A DNA stretch of 64,000 nucleotides from Pseudomonadales bacterium (GTDB taxonomy: Bacteria > Patescibacteriota > Microgenomatia > UBA1400 > PJMF01). The stretch is from positions 18,905 to 82,904 of the forward strand of contig JACKFX010000002.1 in assembly GCA_020632255.1 (NCBI GenBank), read 5' to 3'. The position numbers were made by a program, and so were the translations under genes. How positions within the stretch are numbered: position 1 is the first letter of the stretch; the number at the start of each line of letters is the position of its first letter. The notes beneath the pieces are model-generated. The model was not told the DNA's origin. It did not search any database and saw nothing but the letters and a program-made list of their open reading frames with translations. Shown piece by piece: positions 9,568 to 19,725 of this stretch.

Positions 9568-10643
9568 GAAAAAAGCTCCTCAACTTTTGCTGCAAAGAGT
9601 GTTGAGTCAAAAAGAAAAGCCCTCTTAAATGCAGCTTGCTGTATTGTTTGATAATACTGCTTATTCTTTAGTAACTCAGCGGTAATAGTTAAGCACTGTT
9701 CACGGGTTGACCAAGAAAGCTCTGTACCTAAATCACCGAGAATTTCTGGTTGTCCTCCTTTAGCAAGTACCACTGGTACAACACTATATGCCATGGCTTC
9801 AACAGTTGTAATACCAAAATGTTCAACTTTTTCAGGATTTTTTTCTTCATCAACATCAAAACCCGTGGCATGCCAATACACAGCAGCTTTTTTGTAGTAT
9901 TCTTCTAGTTGAGAATGAGTGGCGTTCGGTACAAACTCTATGGGAAGTCCTTTAGCTTGTGCCTGTAATTCTTCAAAATACTTTTGATCCTCTACCTGTC
10001 CCACCAATATCAGCTTCCATCCTTTAGTAACTTTAGGGTGCCTTTCAGTAAGGCGTCTAAAAATATCAACAAGAATATCCTGACGTTTTGCATGAAGATG
10101 TTTGAAAAACCGACCAACGTGCAAAATTACTTTGTCTTTTTCTTTTATAAGTTTTTTTGGTACTTGTACCTGTGGATACAAAACAGTATCGACGTGAACA
10201 TGCCAAGATTTTTCAATAACCTTCTTTGTAAATTCGGAATTAGTATTAATATGCGACCAATTTTTCAGCTTCAGACGATCTATAATTGATGACTTATCTA
10301 ATTGAAGTGGAATCTGAATATGGAGATAATTTTTCCGTGCCAAACTAAAAAAGAGACTGCCGTCTGTCACACAGTACAAAGCATCAAAACCGGCAGTCCA
10401 CACCAACTTTTTAAGTATCGTTCCATTTTGCAACGGAGCCTTAACAAATTGGATGTCAGAGAGTGAAGTCCCCATAAACTCTTCATATTTTGAAACGATT
10501 TCAGGTATATCAAGCTCCTCTTTCTCTGGAATTACAATAACGACTTGATGTTTTTTGGCAACTACAAGAGCTACATCAAGTAAGTGTTTCTCGCCTCCAC
10601 CAGCATGTTTTGGAATGTAGGGTGAGTAGAAACAGATCTTCAT
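9564..10643 (-). CDS. glycosyltransferase family 4 (GT-B, RfaG-like)
   Basis: C-terminal EHFGITTVEAMAYSVVPVVLAKGGQPEI is the GT4 E-x7-E motif. ATGA overlap with the downstream gene. Confidence 0.8.
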   Translation of the reverse strand: MKICFYSPYIPKHAGGGEKHLLDVALVVAKKHQVVIVIPEKEELDIPEIVSKYEEFMGTSLSDIQFVKAPLQNGTILKKLVWTAGFDALYCVTDGSLFFSLARKNYLHIQIPLQLDKSSIIDRLKLKNWSHINTNSEFTKKVIEKSWHVHVDTVLYPQVQVPKKLIKEKDKVILHVGRFFKHLHAKRQDILVDIFRRLTERHPKVTKGWKLILVGQVEDQKYFEELQAQAKGLPIEFVPNATHSQLEEYYKKAAVYWHATGFDVDEEKNPEKVEHFGITTVEAMAYSVVPVVLAKGGQPEILGDLGTELSWSTREQCLTITAELLKNKQYYQTIQQAAFKRAFLFDSTLFAAKVEELFS

Positions 10644-11470
10644 GACTCACGCTTCCATTTTTTTTGAATTTCCTCTTCTAAATGAGAATATCGTTCAGGG
10701 ATCGAAGGCTTTTGCTGCAACTCCCAAACCTGCATGTACACCCACATTCGGTTAATCGCTTGAATGAGTGACTCAATCAATCCAACAGTTCCATCTTTGT
10801 ATCCTGCATCACGGAAAGCGCGACGCCAGAACTCCATGAATCCTTTACGAAGAATTGTTTTAAATGTTACTGGAGCATTACCTGCTTCAATGAATGCGCG
10901 TGCTTCTTTTGGTGTCCATTCTGCACTTTTTTTAAGATTATCTACAACCGATCGATGGGTAAAATGCAACAAAAATGACTGAAGAACTACTTCATCTCCA
11001 CTCCAAACTGGGCTCTCATGAATTTCACCTTTCCATCCAGAAAGTGCCGAAGCTTTAAAGGCTCGGGTTACAACATCATGTTGCCATCCACCATACGAAA
11101 AAGGGTGACCTAAAAAGTAATTTTTTCGCTTCATACTTATCGCAACAGCTGCACCTGTCTCAATTTGAACAGCAATCTCTTTTGCAAGTATGGGAGTGAC
11201 ACGTTCATCGGCATCGATATACAAGATCCAATCTGTTTCAGTATGCTTGAGTGCCTCTTCACGAACCCGAGCAAATGAGTGTGAAGAAAAAGATATGACC
11301 CTAGCACCAAGTGCTTCTGCTTTTTTGGCTGTTGCATCGGTAGAACCATTATCAATTACCAAAATTTCATCACACCACCTCAACGTTTCTATACAAACAT
11401 CAATCATCTGTTCTTCATTCTTAGCAATGATCACAGCCGTGATAGTAGGTCGTTTTAATTTTGTTGTCAT
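10640..11470 (-). CDS. glycosyltransferase family 2
   Basis: ITAVIIAKNEE..ILVIDNGSTD..YIDADE. 4-nt overlaps with both neighbours. Confidence 0.8.
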   Translation of the reverse strand: MTTKLKRPTITAVIIAKNEEQMIDVCIETLRWCDEILVIDNGSTDATAKKAEALGARVISFSSHSFARVREEALKHTETDWILYIDADERVTPILAKEIAVQIETGAAVAISMKRKNYFLGHPFSYGGWQHDVVTRAFKASALSGWKGEIHESPVWSGDEVVLQSFLLHFTHRSVVDNLKKSAEWTPKEARAFIEAGNAPVTFKTILRKGFMEFWRRAFRDAGYKDGTVGLIESLIQAINRMWVYMQVWELQQKPSIPERYSHLEEEIQKKWKRES

Positions 11471-12378
11471 ACAATAGTTTGCTTTCCAAATCTCCTCAGC
11501 ACGAAATGGAGAACTGCTGTTCGTTGAGCCTGTGACCCCAAAACATACTGTAACAGAACTCTTACACCAGTGATTTTTGCTTTGATAAACCCATGTTTTT
11601 CTGTAAAGAGCAATCTATTCCTTGCGAGATAATAGTGATGAAGACTTGAGCCCGCTCCACCACTCGAACCCGCATTTTTATGCCAAATGACTGCATCAGG
11701 ACAGAACCCAATCTTATACCCAGCGCGCTCTGTGCGAACACTTAGATCGACGTCTTCAAAGTAAAGAAAAAACCGTTTATCAAAAGTTCCAACTTTTTCG
11801 AGTACTTCGCGTCGAATGAGGACACAACACCCTGTTGCAAAATCAGACTCTGAAAACTCATCAAACTGTCCCCTGTCGACTTCGTCCACTCCGCGATGAA
11901 ATGCGGCCAAGTTTTGCCAATCGATGCTCCCTCCTGCGTACCATAACACAGAACCCAACTCATCACGCGAATAACTTTTTTTGTGGAACTCATTGCCTTT
12001 ATAAAAATAAATTTTGGGGGCTATCATTCCATAGTCGAGATGTTCTTGACTGCACTCCACTAAGTCCTGGAGAAATTGAGATGAGACAGTAGTGTCGTTA
12101 TTTAGTAAGAGCACATAGTCTGAGTTATATTTTTCTACTGCATAGTAAATTCCGAGATTGTTTCCACCAGTAAAACCAAGGTTTGCCTCACTTCGAACCA
12201 CTTCAAATTTTTTGTTGTTTTGAAATGATCTTGGCAAAGTATACTCATTCATGGATCCATTATCGACAATGACCGCATTCCAACTAATAGCTCTGGTTTT
12301 AATGACGGCTAACGACTTAAGACACTCATCAGTGTCTGGTTTGGTGTTATAGTTAACAATAATAATGCTGACGTGCAT
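11467..12378 (-). CDS. glycosyltransferase family 2 (rhamnosyltransferase-like)
   Basis: VSIIIVNYNTKPDTDECLKSL..VIVDNGS..LLLNNDT. Confidence 0.8.
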   Translation of the reverse strand: MHVSIIIVNYNTKPDTDECLKSLAVIKTRAISWNAVIVDNGSMNEYTLPRSFQNNKKFEVVRSEANLGFTGGNNLGIYYAVEKYNSDYVLLLNNDTTVSSQFLQDLVECSQEHLDYGMIAPKIYFYKGNEFHKKSYSRDELGSVLWYAGGSIDWQNLAAFHRGVDEVDRGQFDEFSESDFATGCCVLIRREVLEKVGTFDKRFFLYFEDVDLSVRTERAGYKIGFCPDAVIWHKNAGSSGGAGSSLHHYYLARNRLLFTEKHGFIKAKITGVRVLLQYVLGSQAQRTAVLHFVLRRFGKQTIV

Positions 12379-12387
12379 GCGTGGTTA

Positions 12388-13290
12388 TTATAATCCAAAT
12401 TTTCGCCTCATTCGAGCAAAAAGACGAATAAGACCACTACTTTTTCTAATTTTGTATGTAAGCATCCAATACCGTAGCTCCTTATCAAATTCTCGAAGTG
12501 CAGAAAGTGTAGCTCGCTCAGTGAGTGCTTCTTCTTTGAATCCTTGCTTTTCCCAAATCTTGAGTACTACTAAGATCTGATAAAAACTTTGGAGAAAACT
12601 TAAACTAACTCCGTGCATGCCCTCACTCAAGCCCTCATTTTTAAACAATCGTCGAAAAAATTCATCCTTAAATGCACCAAAGACCTCGGTTGGTGTCGTT
12701 GAAGCCTCTCCAACATTGTTCGCCTCAATACTGGTGTAATTGTTCATCCGTTCAACAAATTGAGAAATATGTTGGTAGTTATGATGCAAAATTGCCACAG
12801 ACTCATCACTTGGTAAGTACTCAACTTTTCCAGTGACTTTTGGAACAGAGTGTATTTGATCATCCCAAGTGACTGTTCCAGCTTTGAATAAACGCAACTG
12901 ATGGTCAGGCCACCAACCAGTTTTTCGAAGCTCTTTGCCAAATACTTCATTCGATCGAGGAATGAAATAAGCATCGGCGCTTGGATCGGCTACTAACTGA
13001 AGGATTCTTTGCTGTAATCTTTCTGGCACTTCTTCATCTGCGTCCAAAATTAAGATCCAATTGCCAGAGGCCTTGCTAATAGCAAAGTTCCGTGCAGGCT
13101 CAACGTAACCCACATCATCAAATGTATAGAAATGGTTAGTGGCAGACTTGGCAATTTTTTGAGTAGTATCAGTACTGTGCATGTCAACTACGACAATTTC
13201 ATCTGCAAACGTAACTGACTTCAATGCTTTATCTAAGAAGGCCTCAGAATTCTTCGTATTAATAACAACAGATAATAACGGTTGTTGCAT
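12388..13290 (-). CDS. glycosyltransferase family 2
   Basis: LSVVINTKNSEAFL..IVVVDMHSTD..ILDADEE. Confidence 0.8.
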   Translation of the reverse strand: MQQPLLSVVINTKNSEAFLDKALKSVTFADEIVVVDMHSTDTTQKIAKSATNHFYTFDDVGYVEPARNFAISKASGNWILILDADEEVPERLQQRILQLVADPSADAYFIPRSNEVFGKELRKTGWWPDHQLRLFKAGTVTWDDQIHSVPKVTGKVEYLPSDESVAILHHNYQHISQFVERMNNYTSIEANNVGEASTTPTEVFGAFKDEFFRRLFKNEGLSEGMHGVSLSFLQSFYQILVVLKIWEKQGFKEEALTERATLSALREFDKELRYWMLTYKIRKSSGLIRLFARMRRKFGL

Positions 13291-13292
13291 AC

Positions 13293-14864
13293 TTACCTTA
13301 AACTTTTGATTTCTCGTACCAGTGTATCACGCCCAATCAGGATAAAGGTAACACAATAGACTATACTAACTAACAGCGCTCCACAACCAAGATGATACAA
13401 ACTTTGACCCCAAATATCTCGACCAAACCACCCCACAAGTGCCATGGCAACTGCAGCAACTGTTTGTCTCCAAATTGATCCGAAAAAATTAATCGGCACG
13501 AACTTCTTGACATAATATGCAGGAAGCAGCGACGTAAATGAAATGATAAATGCTGCAACAGCAACACCCTCATACCCATAGTACTTCATCAACACTGGAG
13601 TAAATACCCAAGTCATAGATGTCCACATAACCATAAGTTTAAGTGTAATGTTAATTTTGCCAATAGCATTCAGTGTGTTTGCTAGCGGGGTTGATACTGC
13701 ACTCCATCCAATTCCCAACGTAAATAATATTAAACTAGCCAGTGCCGGTCTCCATTTATCGTAGACCGGGAAAACATCAATAACTGGCTCGATAAAGACA
13801 GACATACCCACCAAGATTGGGAAAATTGCGGCTGTAATAAAGAAAAGAGACTTCTCAATGGCTTTTTTTAGTGCTTCTGTGTGGCTTTGTAGTCTAGAGA
13901 ATGCAGGAAAGGTTACAGACATCACATTTTGAACAGTCAACGTATAAGGATACATTGACCACTGCTTTGCCCAAGTAATGTAGCCAAACTCTTTATTTGG
14001 TAGTACCAACCCTAAGAAAATGTAAAAGAGTTGGTCTTTAATTCGAGCTAAGAAGTCGTTAACCTGAAACTTAGCCCCATACCCAAACAATCCTTTGAGT
14101 GCATTGGTATGAATGGCAATTCCAAACTCCCAAGGTTGCAGCAACGTCATGCTCACAGCTCCAACGACCGAACGCAAAATAATTGCGTAAGCATATGAAA
14201 TCAGTCCGTACCCGTTTAAAACCAAGTAGATTAAACTCCCCTGGAAAACTATCTGCTCGAATACCTGTGGCAAAACTAACTTGGAAAAGTCTAGTTTTCT
14301 CTCAAGAATAACTGATGGAATGGTTTTGATCGTCGCCAGCGGGAAAGAAAGACCCATGGCAATCAAAATCCATATTCCCTCTGAACCAGCTTTGTCTCGG
14401 AAAAGTGTTGTTTGGGCTACAAAGAGTGTTAAGCCCACAATCACCCAACTAAGAATTTGTTGCACAGTAAATGCAGTTCGATAATCCTCTTTTGTTGGTT
14501 CACCTTTTTTCTGAATCAGCGCTGCTGCCAAACCAATGTCGGCAAAGAATGTCAGCAATCCAACAACTTGAACTACCACACCATACACACCATAATCAGA
14601 CGGAGAAAGATACGCACTCAGTATTGCGTTTGCTCCAAAACCAATTAACTGTAGCATGCCTGTTCGAATAAAATAGGAAATTGCGCCAGTCACTGATCGC
14701 TTTTTGATCGTTTGCAATGCTTCAGCTTCAGCCTGCTCCCCAATTTGTTCTTGTTGCGGAAATCCTGCTTCGGTCTCACTTGAAACTTCTTGTTCAAAAA
14801 CTGCTTCGCCTTGTTCACGAACTAGCTTCCTGTGTGCTCGTTTCTGAAAGAATGAACCAAACAT
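13293..14864 (-). CDS. wzx: polysaccharide/O-unit flippase (Wzx, MOP superfamily)
   Basis: 12-14 TM helices with the Polysacc_synt-like N-terminus (IKKRSVTGAISYFIRTGMLQLIGFGANAILSAYLSPSDYGVYGVV). About 50-aa acidic N-terminal extension. Start overlaps the upstream stop. Confidence 0.7.
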   Translation of the reverse strand: MFGSFFQKRAHRKLVREQGEAVFEQEVSSETEAGFPQQEQIGEQAEAEALQTIKKRSVTGAISYFIRTGMLQLIGFGANAILSAYLSPSDYGVYGVVVQVVGLLTFFADIGLAAALIQKKGEPTKEDYRTAFTVQQILSWVIVGLTLFVAQTTLFRDKAGSEGIWILIAMGLSFPLATIKTIPSVILERKLDFSKLVLPQVFEQIVFQGSLIYLVLNGYGLISYAYAIILRSVVGAVSMTLLQPWEFGIAIHTNALKGLFGYGAKFQVNDFLARIKDQLFYIFLGLVLPNKEFGYITWAKQWSMYPYTLTVQNVMSVTFPAFSRLQSHTEALKKAIEKSLFFITAAIFPILVGMSVFIEPVIDVFPVYDKWRPALASLILFTLGIGWSAVSTPLANTLNAIGKINITLKLMVMWTSMTWVFTPVLMKYYGYEGVAVAAFIISFTSLLPAYYVKKFVPINFFGSIWRQTVAAVAMALVGWFGRDIWGQSLYHLGCGALLVSIVYCVTFILIGRDTLVREIKSLR

Positions 14865-16612
14865 TAGACTGTAGCCCTCCTAAAAAATCTTTTTTTATTC
14901 TGAACTGCAAACAAGCAGAGTACCATTACAAAGCTAAAGAATGAAGTCACATCGCTCCAATCCCTAGTTTGAGTACCCCTAAGTTGCACGCCAACAAATT
15001 CTGTTTGTGCTGGTATGTTCGCTGTAATCAATCCATTTTCATTTTGAAAATGAGGAATTTCATTTGTATCAGCAGTCACCACCCAACCTGGAAAATCACT
15101 AATAGCAAAAGTCAGTGTTGTTTCGCCAGAGAGAGGTGGCACAAACTTGAAAAGTTTTTCATGTCCACGATTGACAAGCAGTTCATGCTCACATACCTCA
15201 CCATCACACAACACTTCATAGGTCGGTGGGTGAATGTCTTCAAGCTGAACACCAGTTGGAATATAGTCTGGCAGAATCTCACTCATGTGTGACTCGACTC
15301 GATCGGGATCATCATAATAGAGACCCGAGATATCTTGGTAGTATTCTTCTGGTCTAAAGTAAAATACAGAGGAAACTACAATCAAAATATACATCACCAC
15401 AATGTAAGTTCTGGCCGCTCTACCTTTAATAAAGAAATACGGTACACCAAACAGCAACGCAGCTGCCAAGGATGCAACAGATAAATAGCGCCATGGGAAC
15501 TGGATAAATGATAAGAAGCTCAATGCTCGCCAAATACCAATTGAGCGCTGTAGTGACATGTACAGCGACCCACCTAGCATGAACACTACTGCTAGGCTGA
15601 TCAAGTATTTTTTCTCCAACACAAGACTTAAGTTCTTCTTATTTTTAAGATCTTTAATAAACTGCCGACCGGTAATAACAGCAACAATCACAAACACTAA
15701 TACTTGAGCTGTACCCAAATAGAATGAGATTGGATCCCCGGGACCCCACTCTGAACCTCCATAACCCCACTCACCACTAAAGAACTGACGAATATATAAA
15801 AAGTGAAGCGAAAAGTCGAAATATCCAGATAAAATAGTGTTCTCTATTTGGGTGTACTGTTTTTCTAAAAGTGCTGGAAACATATAAAATGCAGTCAGTC
15901 CAAGAGAAAGACCCGCGCTTCCAACCAATGATCCGAGGTACTCCAGTGTGCTACGTACATCATGATCACTTTCAGTATATTTTAGCCAGAGCATGACCAA
16001 GGCAAATACCGCAATAAATGGAGCTGCAATTATAGCAGTTAAGTTATGACTGAGTAATAAGATGACTAAGCCAGCCGTAGTCGCCCAAAAACCGTGCCAT
16101 TTATCGGTGCGGGCAACACTGATTCCATACAGAATCCACGGTAGTGCCATCATTCCCCAAGCTTCACTTAAGGCACCGCGGACAAATAGATTAAGAGCTC
16201 TATATGGGGCAAGTGTATACGCAGCTGAAACGAGTACCCCTGCCGACTTATGCGAAAACAATTGCTTACCTAGATAGTAAGCACCAAATGCCGTTCCAAT
16301 AGAACAAAGCCAGAACAGCAACTTCACCGAAGTTACCAACGGCAGACCCAACTGATAAAAAAGGCTTCCTACGTAATACGGAAGTGGCGCATAAAACTCA
16401 AAAAGTGGCATGCCGTAGCCATATCCAAAGTGTTCTGACCAACGCACGGGGAATTGTCCTTCTCCAAGCGCTCGAGTCATTTCAGCAATTCTGACTCCAT
16501 GAATAAAATCATGAATCTTGAACATACCTTGAGGAAAAAGAGACCAACTGGCACCTAAAATGATCAATCCAAGTGTAAGGCAAAGAAGTAGAGTCCGTTT
16601 CATCTCTGTCAT
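14864..16612 (-). CDS. integral membrane protein, putative GT-C-type glycosyltransferase/polymerase
   Basis: About 11 TM helices plus a roughly 150-aa C-terminal soluble domain. First gene of the operon with Wzx and the GT2/GT4 genes. No diagnostic motif recognised. Confidence 0.4.
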   Translation of the reverse strand: MTEMKRTLLLCLTLGLIILGASWSLFPQGMFKIHDFIHGVRIAEMTRALGEGQFPVRWSEHFGYGYGMPLFEFYAPLPYYVGSLFYQLGLPLVTSVKLLFWLCSIGTAFGAYYLGKQLFSHKSAGVLVSAAYTLAPYRALNLFVRGALSEAWGMMALPWILYGISVARTDKWHGFWATTAGLVILLLSHNLTAIIAAPFIAVFALVMLWLKYTESDHDVRSTLEYLGSLVGSAGLSLGLTAFYMFPALLEKQYTQIENTILSGYFDFSLHFLYIRQFFSGEWGYGGSEWGPGDPISFYLGTAQVLVFVIVAVITGRQFIKDLKNKKNLSLVLEKKYLISLAVVFMLGGSLYMSLQRSIGIWRALSFLSFIQFPWRYLSVASLAAALLFGVPYFFIKGRAARTYIVVMYILIVVSSVFYFRPEEYYQDISGLYYDDPDRVESHMSEILPDYIPTGVQLEDIHPPTYEVLCDGEVCEHELLVNRGHEKLFKFVPPLSGETTLTFAISDFPGWVVTADTNEIPHFQNENGLITANIPAQTEFVGVQLRGTQTRDWSDVTSFFSFVMVLCLFAVQNKKRFFRRATV

Positions 16613-16707
16613 TCTATCAGGGAACTATGCCGAGTTACAATCCGCTTTTCTTTTATCATCAGAGCCTTCATGGTATACAATGTAAGAACATACTTAAAGG
16701 TTTGTCT

Positions 16708-17853
16708 ATGCCAACAAAGAAAAAAGCCACTGAAGACACCCCCAAATCACTTTCAGATGAAGTCAACACACTTGAAAAAAACATCCAGTCTGTAGAAGTG
16801 CTTACCGGACCAAAGATTTTTTTAAGAGCCACACTCTTAGCCCTCTTTTTAGCATTTATACTGCTTCTCATCACCGGTATAGGTTTCGGAATTTGGGGGC
16901 TAACTAAGGTTAATCAATTTCTGACTGCAGCTAATCTAAGCTTTAGTGAAGCCAAGACTATCGTCGACAACGGAATTCATACGACGCCTAAAAGTACCCA
17001 TTTTGTCTCAACATTTTTAGTTTTAGGTGTCGATTCACTTGATACTCGTCCTGGTAGTCCAGAACTCACGGATACCATGATGTTGATATACCTAAACTAT
17101 GCCAAAGGAACCATTACCATGGTTCCGCTCCCACGCGACACGTGGAATCAAGAGTACCAAACAAAGATCAATGCCCTGTATCACTACGGAAAAGAACGTT
17201 ACCCAGAATCCCCAGAGAAGTTTCCAACCGAAGTGATTGAGGAAATGACTCGATCACACATTGACTATACCGTGGTTGTAACTATGGACCAAGTCGGGAC
17301 TATTATTGATATGCTTGGCGGCATTTCTATTGATGTTCCAGTTGCCTTCACCGATGAAGAATTTCCTCGTCCGGATGTTGACGTTACCGTTGTCACAGAC
17401 CCAGAGCTTTTATATCAAACGGTCTCCTTCGAGGAAGGTGAACAGACCCTTGATGGTGAACGTGCACTCCAGTACATCCGTAGCCGAAAAAGTGGTGATG
17501 ATCAAGGCAGTGATACGGCCCGAGCAAACAGACAGCAGCTTGTAGTTGAAGCACTCGTGACTAAGCTCCAATCACCCGAAATTATCAAAAGTGCCACAAC
17601 AGCTGGTTCACTGCTGCGCTATTACCTAGATACCTTTGACCAATACATCTCCATTGAAGAAGTTATCGGCATTGGAGTCGCTGTGCTCCAGGAACAAAAA
17701 AGGCTTTCCTTTATATCAAAAAGTCTTAGTACGAGTCTTGATTCAGAGAATCCTTTACTCATCAATCCGCCAGTATGGAAATACAATGTCTGGGTTTGGG
17801 AAGTTGCAGATCAAGACAGCTTTAGAAATTTCTTTACGTCCCTGGTAGAATAA
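16708..17853 (+). CDS. LytR-CpsA-Psr (LCP) family glycopolymer phosphotransferase
   Basis: N-terminal TM then ...LVLGVDSLDTRPGSPELTDTMMLIYLN..TMVPLPRDTW.., the LCP core. Start set at internal Met28 to leave a promoter region for the divergent operon. Confidence 0.8.
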   Translation: MPTKKKATEDTPKSLSDEVNTLEKNIQSVEVLTGPKIFLRATLLALFLAFILLLITGIGFGIWGLTKVNQFLTAANLSFSEAKTIVDNGIHTTPKSTHFVSTFLVLGVDSLDTRPGSPELTDTMMLIYLNYAKGTITMVPLPRDTWNQEYQTKINALYHYGKERYPESPEKFPTEVIEEMTRSHIDYTVVVTMDQVGTIIDMLGGISIDVPVAFTDEEFPRPDVDVTVVTDPELLYQTVSFEEGEQTLDGERALQYIRSRKSGDDQGSDTARANRQQLVVEALVTKLQSPEIIKSATTAGSLLRYYLDTFDQYISIEEVIGIGVAVLQEQKRLSFISKSLSTSLDSENPLLINPPVWKYNVWVWEVADQDSFRNFFTSLVE

Positions 17854-17859
17854 TCTCAT

Positions 17860-18072
17860 ATGATGTCACAATCACTCGAAATCTCAGATAAAACTATTAT
17901 CAGAATCTTACTTGCGCTGGTGATTACTTTGGCAATTTTATCCGGTCTCTTAGCAGAAGAACTTCGACAACAAAAGCAACTGTATAGTAAAGTAGAAGAT
18001 ATGTTCGTTCGCGTACGAGCCGAACTTGGAAGAAACGAAACACAACGGCTTATTGACCAAAGCTACGAATAG
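17860..18072 (+). CDS. hypothetical small single-TM protein
   Basis: 70 aa with one hydrophobic helix. Sits between the LCP gene and rfbB. Confidence 0.3.
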   Translation: MMSQSLEISDKTIIRILLALVITLAILSGLLAEELRQQKQLYSKVEDMFVRVRAELGRNETQRLIDQSYE

Positions 18073-18095
18073 AGATATAGAGAAGAAGGAGACAT

Positions 18096-19115
18096 ATGGC
18101 ACAGACACTACTAGTTACCGGAGGCGCAGGTTTTATTGGCAGTAACTTCATCTTGTACTGGATGGAAAAACATCCAGAAGACAAAATTATTAACTTAGAC
18201 GCACTTACCTATGCAGGAAATACTGCAAATCTTGCTTCGGTTGAAGATCATAAAAACTACATATTTGTCGAAGGGAATATTACCGACCGCGAACTCGTTG
18301 ACCGGCTCATGAAAGATACCGATACTGTTGTCCACTTTGCAGCCGAATCTCATGTTGATCGATCAATTTTACATCCAGATACCTTTATTACCACCAACAT
18401 CATTGGTACCCATGTGCTCCTCGAATCTGCTTTGGCACATACCATTAAGCATTTTCACCACATCTCAACTGACGAAGTCTTTGGCTCACTTAAACTTGGT
18501 GACACCGCTCAGTTTTCAGAAGCGACTCCCTATAATCCATGTAGTCCCTACTCTGCAAGCAAGGCTTCATCAGATCATTTGGTTCGTGCATATGGAGAAA
18601 CGTACGGACTTAACTACACCATCACCAACTGTTCAAATAACTACGGTGAGTATCAATTTCCAGAGAAATTAATTCCCTTAGCAATTACCCACGCACTCGT
18701 TGATAAACCAGTTCCAATTTATGGGGATGGCCTGCAAGTTCGTGATTGGCTCTACGTACAAGACCACTGCACTGCAATTGAGAAAGTATTAGAAAGTGGA
18801 AAAACCCAAGAAACCTTCGTCGTCGGGGGACTTACTGAAGATATCCCCAATATCGAAGTTGTCGCAACCATTCTGCGTATTATGAATAAACCAGATGATA
18901 TGCTCACGCATGTCACTGATCGGGCAGGACACGATGTTCGCTACAGTGTTGACTGGACCAAGATCAACGAGGAGCTAGGTTGGAATCCTTCTGTGACATT
19001 CGAAGAAGGTATGCGCAAAACAGTCAAGTGGTACCTCGATAACCAAGACTGGTGGCAACCACTCCTAACTGCAAACAAAGACTTTTTTAAAACAAATTAT
19101 TCAAACAGAAAGTAG
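18096..19115 (+). CDS. rfbB: dTDP-glucose 4,6-dehydratase
   Basis: TGGAGFIGSNF Rossmann motif, the YSASKA (YxxxK) motif, and RfbB-like length and context. Confidence 0.9.
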   Translation: MAQTLLVTGGAGFIGSNFILYWMEKHPEDKIINLDALTYAGNTANLASVEDHKNYIFVEGNITDRELVDRLMKDTDTVVHFAAESHVDRSILHPDTFITTNIIGTHVLLESALAHTIKHFHHISTDEVFGSLKLGDTAQFSEATPYNPCSPYSASKASSDHLVRAYGETYGLNYTITNCSNNYGEYQFPEKLIPLAITHALVDKPVPIYGDGLQVRDWLYVQDHCTAIEKVLESGKTQETFVVGGLTEDIPNIEVVATILRIMNKPDDMLTHVTDRAGHDVRYSVDWTKINEELGWNPSVTFEEGMRKTVKWYLDNQDWWQPLLTANKDFFKTNYSNRK

Positions 19116-19128
19116 TTAGGACACCATC

Positions 19129-19725
19129 ATGTTTACCCCCTACGAAGATCTTGAGATTTCAAATGGTATCTACTCGACTTCTCTTGATGGATTATATTTT
19201 GTCGCCAGCAAAAAATTTGACGACAATAGAGGTTACTATGCAGAACTTACTCGCATACCAGAATTAGATGAGGTACGGAACAAAAAATTTAATGTTGTTC
19301 AGGTTAACTTAGCACGATCAAACAAAAATGTAGTTCGCGGTATTCATTCTGAGGACTGGAATAAGCTTGTGACAATTACCAATGGTGTAGCATTTTGTGC
19401 CTTTGTTGATATGAGACCGGATTCACCTACGTTTGGAGCTGTAGAAACAGTCACATTGGGGGTTGGTAAAGAAGCTCTTCACGGATCTTTCTTCATTCCT
19501 AAAGGGATTGGTAACTCCCTCTGTGTTACAGAAGGCCCAGTAGACTATCTTTACTACGTTGATGCTCTCTACAAAGATCGTGACCGTTCCTTCGATCGTG
19601 CTGTCTCGCTTTTTGATCCTGACTTGGCAATTAATTGGCCACTTCCGAAAGACAAAATGGTAATTTCTGAGCGTGATTCAAACGCAACAACAGTACGAGC
19701 AATATTCCCGGAGAAATATGCCTAA
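19129..19725 (+). CDS. rfbC: dTDP-4-dehydrorhamnose 3,5-epimerase
   Basis: Cupin-fold RmlC-like sequence (..RGIHSEDWNKLVTITNGVAF..), directly downstream of rfbB. Confidence 0.8.
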   Translation: MFTPYEDLEISNGIYSTSLDGLYFVASKKFDDNRGYYAELTRIPELDEVRNKKFNVVQVNLARSNKNVVRGIHSEDWNKLVTITNGVAFCAFVDMRPDSPTFGAVETVTLGVGKEALHGSFFIPKGIGNSLCVTEGPVDYLYYVDALYKDRDRSFDRAVSLFDPDLAINWPLPKDKMVISERDSNATTVRAIFPEKYA